19,068 bases of DNA, from NCBI GenBank assembly GCA_040904565.1, contig JBBDTI010000063.1, forward strand, positions 1-19,068, written 5' to 3'. This document shows positions 14,784 through 19,068 of this stretch, piece after piece (within the stretch, counting starts at the first letter, position 1; every line of letters begins with the position of its first letter). This DNA is from Rhodothermales bacterium. Lineage in GTDB: Bacteria; Bacteroidota; Rhodothermia; Rhodothermales; VXPQ01. Made by a program: the position numbers and the translations under genes. A model generated the notes under the pieces. The model was given only the letters and a program-made list of their open reading frames with translations, did no database searches and was not told the DNA's origin.

Positions 14784-17453
14784 TCAGTAATGCCAGCGAA
14801 GCCGCCGTCCGTCGTCCCGAGACGATTCCACATTCCGTGGACTCGTCGTTACCCTCTCCGAATCGATCGGTGGGTTCGTCGATGCCCCCTCCGAATCTAG
14901 GTGTACATGGTGGGGCCGGCCTCCGATTGCAAGGATCGGCACCTGATGTTGTTGGAGGGCACCGGTTTCCACCCGCCCATCCCCAGCGTAGCACGCGCCG
15001 TCGCCCTCGTGCCATGCCCCGTCGGTCTCGATGAGCTCCGCAATCTCCTCGCTACCTTCCCCGTCTCCCGTCTTCGCGGGCAGGCGGCGAACATCGCGGC
15101 CGGCACCATATCGATAGGCGTATTTCTTGGGCGTGTCGAATCCGTTGAGCACGCCCCCGACGACGTGCGCGTCGACGTGATTCAGGAGCGTCATGCAGTA
15201 CTCGAGATCGGCCATCTCCGTCATGCCCGCTCGTGCCACGACGACGGTTACGTCGCAATGAGCGGCCAGCAGGGCGGCGTCCGTGGCGGCGAGCACCGGA
15301 GGCGTATCGATGACGATGACGTCGTAGACCTGGCGGAGGCGTTGAAGCAGTCGGTGCATCCGGGACGAACCGAGCAGTTCGGCCGGATGGTCGACGCCCC
15401 GTTCGACGGCCAGCACGTGCAGGTTATCGATACCGGAGGCGGTAAGCTCCAGGTCGTCTACCAGCTCGGGGCTGGACATCAACGTGACGAGGGAAGCGTT
15501 CGAGGGGCGGCCGAAGAGCTGGTGGACTTTCGGGCACCGCAGGTCGGCGTCGAGCAGGAGCGTTCGTCGTCCGGCCTGTGCCATGACGACGGCGATGTTG
15601 GCGGCCGTCGTCGTCTTTCCTTCTCCCGGGCACGCGCTGGTGACGACGATGGTTTGTACGGCGGTTTCGGGGCAAGAGAACCGAATGTTGGTGCGCACGT
15701 GGCGGAAGGCCTCGGCCGCGGGCGACATGCTGTTGACGAGCGTGACGACGCCGGTGCCGATCTTACGGCCGTTTACCTCGATGGTGTTATCCCCACCGAA
15801 TCGAGATCGGATATCGCGATGCATGTCCGGGATGGCGCCTATGACGTTTCCGGTGGCCCGCCGGGCATCATCCAGCGAGTAAAGACAGGTGTCGCGGCGC
15901 CGACGGGCCGTCGCTCCGGCCAGTCCGAGTGCGATGCCGGCAAGGAGACCGAGAGCGATATTCTTGCGCTTGTTCGGGCGGGCGGGAGCCGACGGCGCGA
16001 GGGCCTCGCGAATGATGGTTGCATATCCCAGCTTGGATTCTTCCGCGATGCGCAGTTCCTGCAGCCGCTCGACCACCGCCGCATACATCCGCTCGGCGGA
16101 CAGCCGGTCTCGCTGAAGCTGGGCCAGCTTGATCGACTGTTCCGGCAGTTCCTGTAGCTTGCTCTCCTGCTCGCGCAGGCGCGCCTCGACCACCTGGATT
16201 TTTGCTTGCAGACCCGTCGTGGCCACGCGGTCGTTTACGATCTGCCGGTTCAGGTCCGTGATGTGCCGCCGCCCCTCGGGACCGGACAGTAGATCGATCC
16301 CTCCGCCGGCCATGACCTCATCTACATACTGCGTGGAGAGCGCTTCCAGCTGCCGCCGACGTGCGTCGATTTCGCCGTCGAGGTCGGACAATTTCCCGTC
16401 GGCTGCATCCGTCAGTCCGTCACGGGCCAGCACCAGCCGGTTTCTGGCGAGTTCCAGCTCGACGAGGTTCTCCTGCGCTTTCGTGATTTCGGCCCCGAGG
16501 GCGGACGAGATGCCTCGAGAGAGCTGCGGGTAGAGCTCCTCCAGTTCGCGTTCGCGCTCGCGGAGCGAGGCCTCGCGCATCTGCAGGTCCACCCGAGCCT
16601 CGTCGCGCAGCGTTTCGAGCTCGCCGATCTGTTTGACGAGACGCTCCCCTTCACTGTCCAGTGAAATGGCGCCCGTCCGCGTCATGTACGCCTGCGTCTC
16701 ATTCTCGATAACGCGAAGCTGTTCGCGCCGCACGGCCAACTGGTCTTCGAGATATTTGCGGGATGCGGTGAGGCTCGCGCGGCTTGCCTCCTGCGTCAGG
16801 TTGACGTATTCCTCCGAATAGAGATTGGCCAGGATCGCCGCTTCCGCGGCAGCGGAACTGATCGCGGTTACTCGGACGACGTCCGCGTCGCGGCCTTCAG
16901 ATTGAACGCGGATATACCCCCACTGCAGGCGCTTTGCTATCTCGGCGACGCCCAGCGTGTTTCCGTTTCCGTCGTGGACGACCGTCAGCTCGTCCCGCTG
17001 CTCCATGTCGAGCAGGCGGGAGGCGACCTTTCGGGCGATGGGCAGCGAGCTGCGCAGGACGATCAACTCGTTGGACATGGAGTGCTCACCGCGGCTCAGC
17101 AGGCCTCCGCTCGATAGGTCGATCTGCCCGCTCATCTGTTTGTCCGGGTAGATCATCAACAGCGCCGACGACTCGTATTCGGCCTCGAGCGTCGAGTTGT
17201 AGGCCAGGGCGATGGCCGTCGTGGCGACAATGGACAGGAGGATGATCCATTTTTCCCGTTTGATGAGATCGAGCGAATCCCGCGGGCGGGCGTGGGTCGG
17301 GTATCCCGCATAGCCGTAGTAGCCGTTCGGGGACGATTCCGGGGGCGACTTCGGGGATGATTCCGGAGGCGATTCCGGGGGCGATTCCGAGGATCGCTCC
17401 CGTGCGTTATCCGAACCATGAGCGTAGGGATGCTCGGATGAGTCAGTTGGCAT
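14784..17453 (-). CDS. wzc: Wzc/GumC-like polysaccharide co-polymerase and BY tyrosine autokinase (start 17453 or 17501)
   Basis: Two TM helices flanking a long coiled coil; P..P.RP before TM2; AEAFR..RTNI; Walker A PGEGKTT, A' LLLDADLR, B VIVIDTPP; GGVLN. Confidence 0.9.
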   Translation of the reverse strand: MPTDSSEHPYAHGSDNARERSSESPPESPPESSPKSPPESSPNGYYGYAGYPTHARPRDSLDLIKREKWIILLSIVATTAIALAYNSTLEAEYESSALLMIYPDKQMSGQIDLSSGGLLSRGEHSMSNELIVLRSSLPIARKVASRLLDMEQRDELTVVHDGNGNTLGVAEIAKRLQWGYIRVQSEGRDADVVRVTAISSAAAEAAILANLYSEEYVNLTQEASRASLTASRKYLEDQLAVRREQLRVIENETQAYMTRTGAISLDSEGERLVKQIGELETLRDEARVDLQMREASLRERERELEELYPQLSRGISSALGAEITKAQENLVELELARNRLVLARDGLTDAADGKLSDLDGEIDARRRQLEALSTQYVDEVMAGGGIDLLSGPEGRRHITDLNRQIVNDRVATTGLQAKIQVVEARLREQESKLQELPEQSIKLAQLQRDRLSAERMYAAVVERLQELRIAEESKLGYATIIREALAPSAPARPNKRKNIALGLLAGIALGLAGATARRRRDTCLYSLDDARRATGNVIGAIPDMHRDIRSRFGGDNTIEVNGRKIGTGVVTLVNSMSPAAEAFRHVRTNIRFSCPETAVQTIVVTSACPGEGKTTTAANIAVVMAQAGRRTLLLDADLRCPKVHQLFGRPSNASLVTLMSSPELVDDLELTASGIDNLHVLAVERGVDHPAELLGSSRMHRLLQRLRQVYDVIVIDTPPVLAATDAALLAAHCDVTVVVARAGMTEMADLEYCMTLLNHVDAHVVGGVLNGFDTPKKYAYRYGAGRDVRRLPAKTGDGEGSEEIAELIETDGAWHEGDGACYAGDGRVETGALQQHQVPILAIGGRPHHVHLDSEGASTNPPIDSERVTTSPRNVESSRDDGRRLRWHY

Positions 17454-17724
17454 GTGCGCGAAACGTTCCAATCTATAAGGATGCACATTGGGAGGATGCA
17501 CACGGGCGACGGGACGCGTGCGCTGGGGCGCCGTCCCACTTCGTACTGCCGCTTTCTACCTACGAGTTAACAAGAAACGTGCCTGTCCACGAGTTGGTCG
17601 GCTCAAGAGCAGGGTCAGCCACTGCCGGAGCATGTTGGGGGAAGGATTTTCCGCGAGCAGTCGCCGGATCGAAGGCGCGTCTGGAACGTTCCCCGATACA
17701 GGTCGGCGGAAAATGTCCGCCCGC

Positions 17725-17764
17725 AACACCCCGCGCAAAACACCCCGCGCAGGACAACACCCGC
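17725..17764. repeat. 14-bp-period tandem repeat upstream of wbpB copy 2
   Basis: aacaccccgcgca at 17725 and 17739, partial caacacccgc at 17755. Confidence 0.8.
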
Positions 17765-17801
17765 AACGAAGCTAGCCACAGACGCACCCGCAAAGCACTT
17801 C

Positions 17802-18749
17802 ATGTACAACTTCGCCATCACCGGCGTGGCCGGCTACATCGCGCCGCGCCACCTTCGAGCCATCAAGGACACCGGCAATCATCTCCTGGCCGCGTGCGAT
17901 CCGCACGATTCGGTGGGCATCCTGGATTCCTACTTTCCCGAGGCGGCCTTCTTCACGGAGATCGAGCGGTTCGACCGGCACCTGGAAAAGCAGCGGCGGA
18001 AGGATCCCTCGAAGCGGCTCGACTTCATGACGATCTGTTCGCCGAACCACCTCCACGACGCGCACGTGCGCCTGGCCCTCCGGCTCGACGCGAGCGCGAT
18101 CTGCGAGAAGCCGCTCGTAATGAAGCCGTCCAACCTGGACTACCTCCAGCAGATCGAGCGGGAGTACCCCGGCACGGTCAACACGGTGCTGCAGCTCCGC
18201 GTGCATCCCAGGCTGCTCGAGCTGCGCAAGAAGCTGCAGGCGGACCGGCGGCACGACAAACGTCACAGCATCCGCCTGACGTACATCACCTCACGCGGGA
18301 CGTGGTACAGGTATTCGTGGAAGGGCGACGAGGAGAAGTCGGGCGGCGTCGTGACCAACATCGGCATCCACTTCTTCGACATGCTGATGTGGCTCTTCGG
18401 GCCCGTCGCGCAGAACCGCGTCCACGTGCGGGAGGCCGAGCGCGTCGGCGGCGCGCTGGAGCTGGAGAACGCGGACGTGCAGTGGTTTCTGTCGATCGAC
18501 AAGAACGACCTGCCCGAGGCGGTGCGCGAGCAGGGGCAGCGGACCTACCGCTCGATTACGGTCGACGGCGAGGAGATTGAGTTCTCGGGCGGATTTACCG
18601 ACCTCCACACGCGCGTGTATGAGGAGACGCTGGCGGGCCGCGGCTTCCGGATCGACGACGCTCGCCCGGCCATCGAACTGGTATACGACATCCGGCAGGC
18701 CCCGGTTACGGCGAAGACGGGGGACGCGCACCCGATTCTGGCGGGGTAG
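17802..18749 (+). CDS. wbpB: WbpB/WlbA-like Gfo/Idh/MocA oxidoreductase (copy 2)
   Basis: Close paralogue of 10456-11472 with the same motifs, lacking the HSNG insert. Confidence 0.88.
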   Translation: MYNFAITGVAGYIAPRHLRAIKDTGNHLLAACDPHDSVGILDSYFPEAAFFTEIERFDRHLEKQRRKDPSKRLDFMTICSPNHLHDAHVRLALRLDASAICEKPLVMKPSNLDYLQQIEREYPGTVNTVLQLRVHPRLLELRKKLQADRRHDKRHSIRLTYITSRGTWYRYSWKGDEEKSGGVVTNIGIHFFDMLMWLFGPVAQNRVHVREAERVGGALELENADVQWFLSIDKNDLPEAVREQGQRTYRSITVDGEEIEFSGGFTDLHTRVYEETLAGRGFRIDDARPAIELVYDIRQAPVTAKTGDAHPILAG

Positions 18750-18790
18750 CGGTGCCCAAGGCCGGCGCGCACCCGATTCTGGCGGGGTAG
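18725..18790 (+). repeat. Perfect 25-bp direct repeat duplicating the wbpB 3' end including the stop codon
   Basis: cgcgcacccgattctggcggggtag at 18725-18749 and 18766-18790. Confidence 0.95.
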
Positions 18791-18801
18791 GCCAGCCCAC
18801 C

Positions 18802-19068
18802 TCACGCCCCCATCCCGAGCCGCTCGGCGAGCCCCGGGGGGAGTCCGGCGGACCGGATTTTCTTCGCGGCGCGGTCGACGTCGTAGGGAACGCGGACGAT
18901 CTCGCACGTGAAGGCCTCCGCATCGAAGACGGCGAACGACGCGCGCGGATCGCCGTCGCGCGGCTGCCCGACGCTGCCCGCGTTGATGAGATAGCGATGG
19001 CCCGGCCGCACGCTCAGCACGCCGATCTGGTCGGCGACGAGTCCGGGAACGTGCGTGTGGCCGATGAA
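18802..19068 (-). CDS. Metallophosphoesterase family protein (calcineurin-like), partial; 5' end outside window
   Basis: Open frame from the window edge: FIGHTHVP...LINAGSVGQPRDGDPRASF...RVPYD. Confidence 0.9.
   Translation of the reverse strand, partial: FIGHTHVPGLVADQIGVLSVRPGHRYLINAGSVGQPRDGDPRASFAVFDAEAFTCEIVRVPYDVDRAAKKIRSAGLPPGLAERLGMGA

Noticed and set aside
14901-16157. Long antisense or alternate-frame ORFs (also 3954-4808, 5467-6369, 8929-9750, 10396-11388, 11692-12852, 17357-18580)
   Set aside because: Shadow ORFs expected from high-GC codon bias over well-supported genes; no motifs

Overview
GC-rich bacterial chromosomal window (gene content suggests Rhodothermota/Bacteroidota-like; inference only). 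0.3-1.8 kb: a tight cluster of toxin-antitoxin-type genes that all lack their usual partner (two DUF2442 genes, an addiction-module antitoxin, an MNT nucleotidyltransferase). Next come an AAA_14/DUF4143 ATPase split by one extra base, a lipoprotein subtilisin (S8) with a (YEYAIR)3 propeptide repeat, a divergent beta-propeller/Y_Y_Y sensor histidine kinase, and a second stand-alone ATPase. Both ATPases have tandem-repeat arrays upstream and a related ~45-bp palindrome downstream. The right half has two paralogous wbpB-like dehydrogenases bracketing a PHP phosphoesterase, an intact AbrB-VapC pair, a truncated nucleotidyltransferase module and a Wzc-like tyrosine kinase. A partial metallophosphoesterase ends the window. 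Short tandem duplications are unusually frequent at gene ends and between genes. All family calls come from motif recognition by eye; no searches were run.
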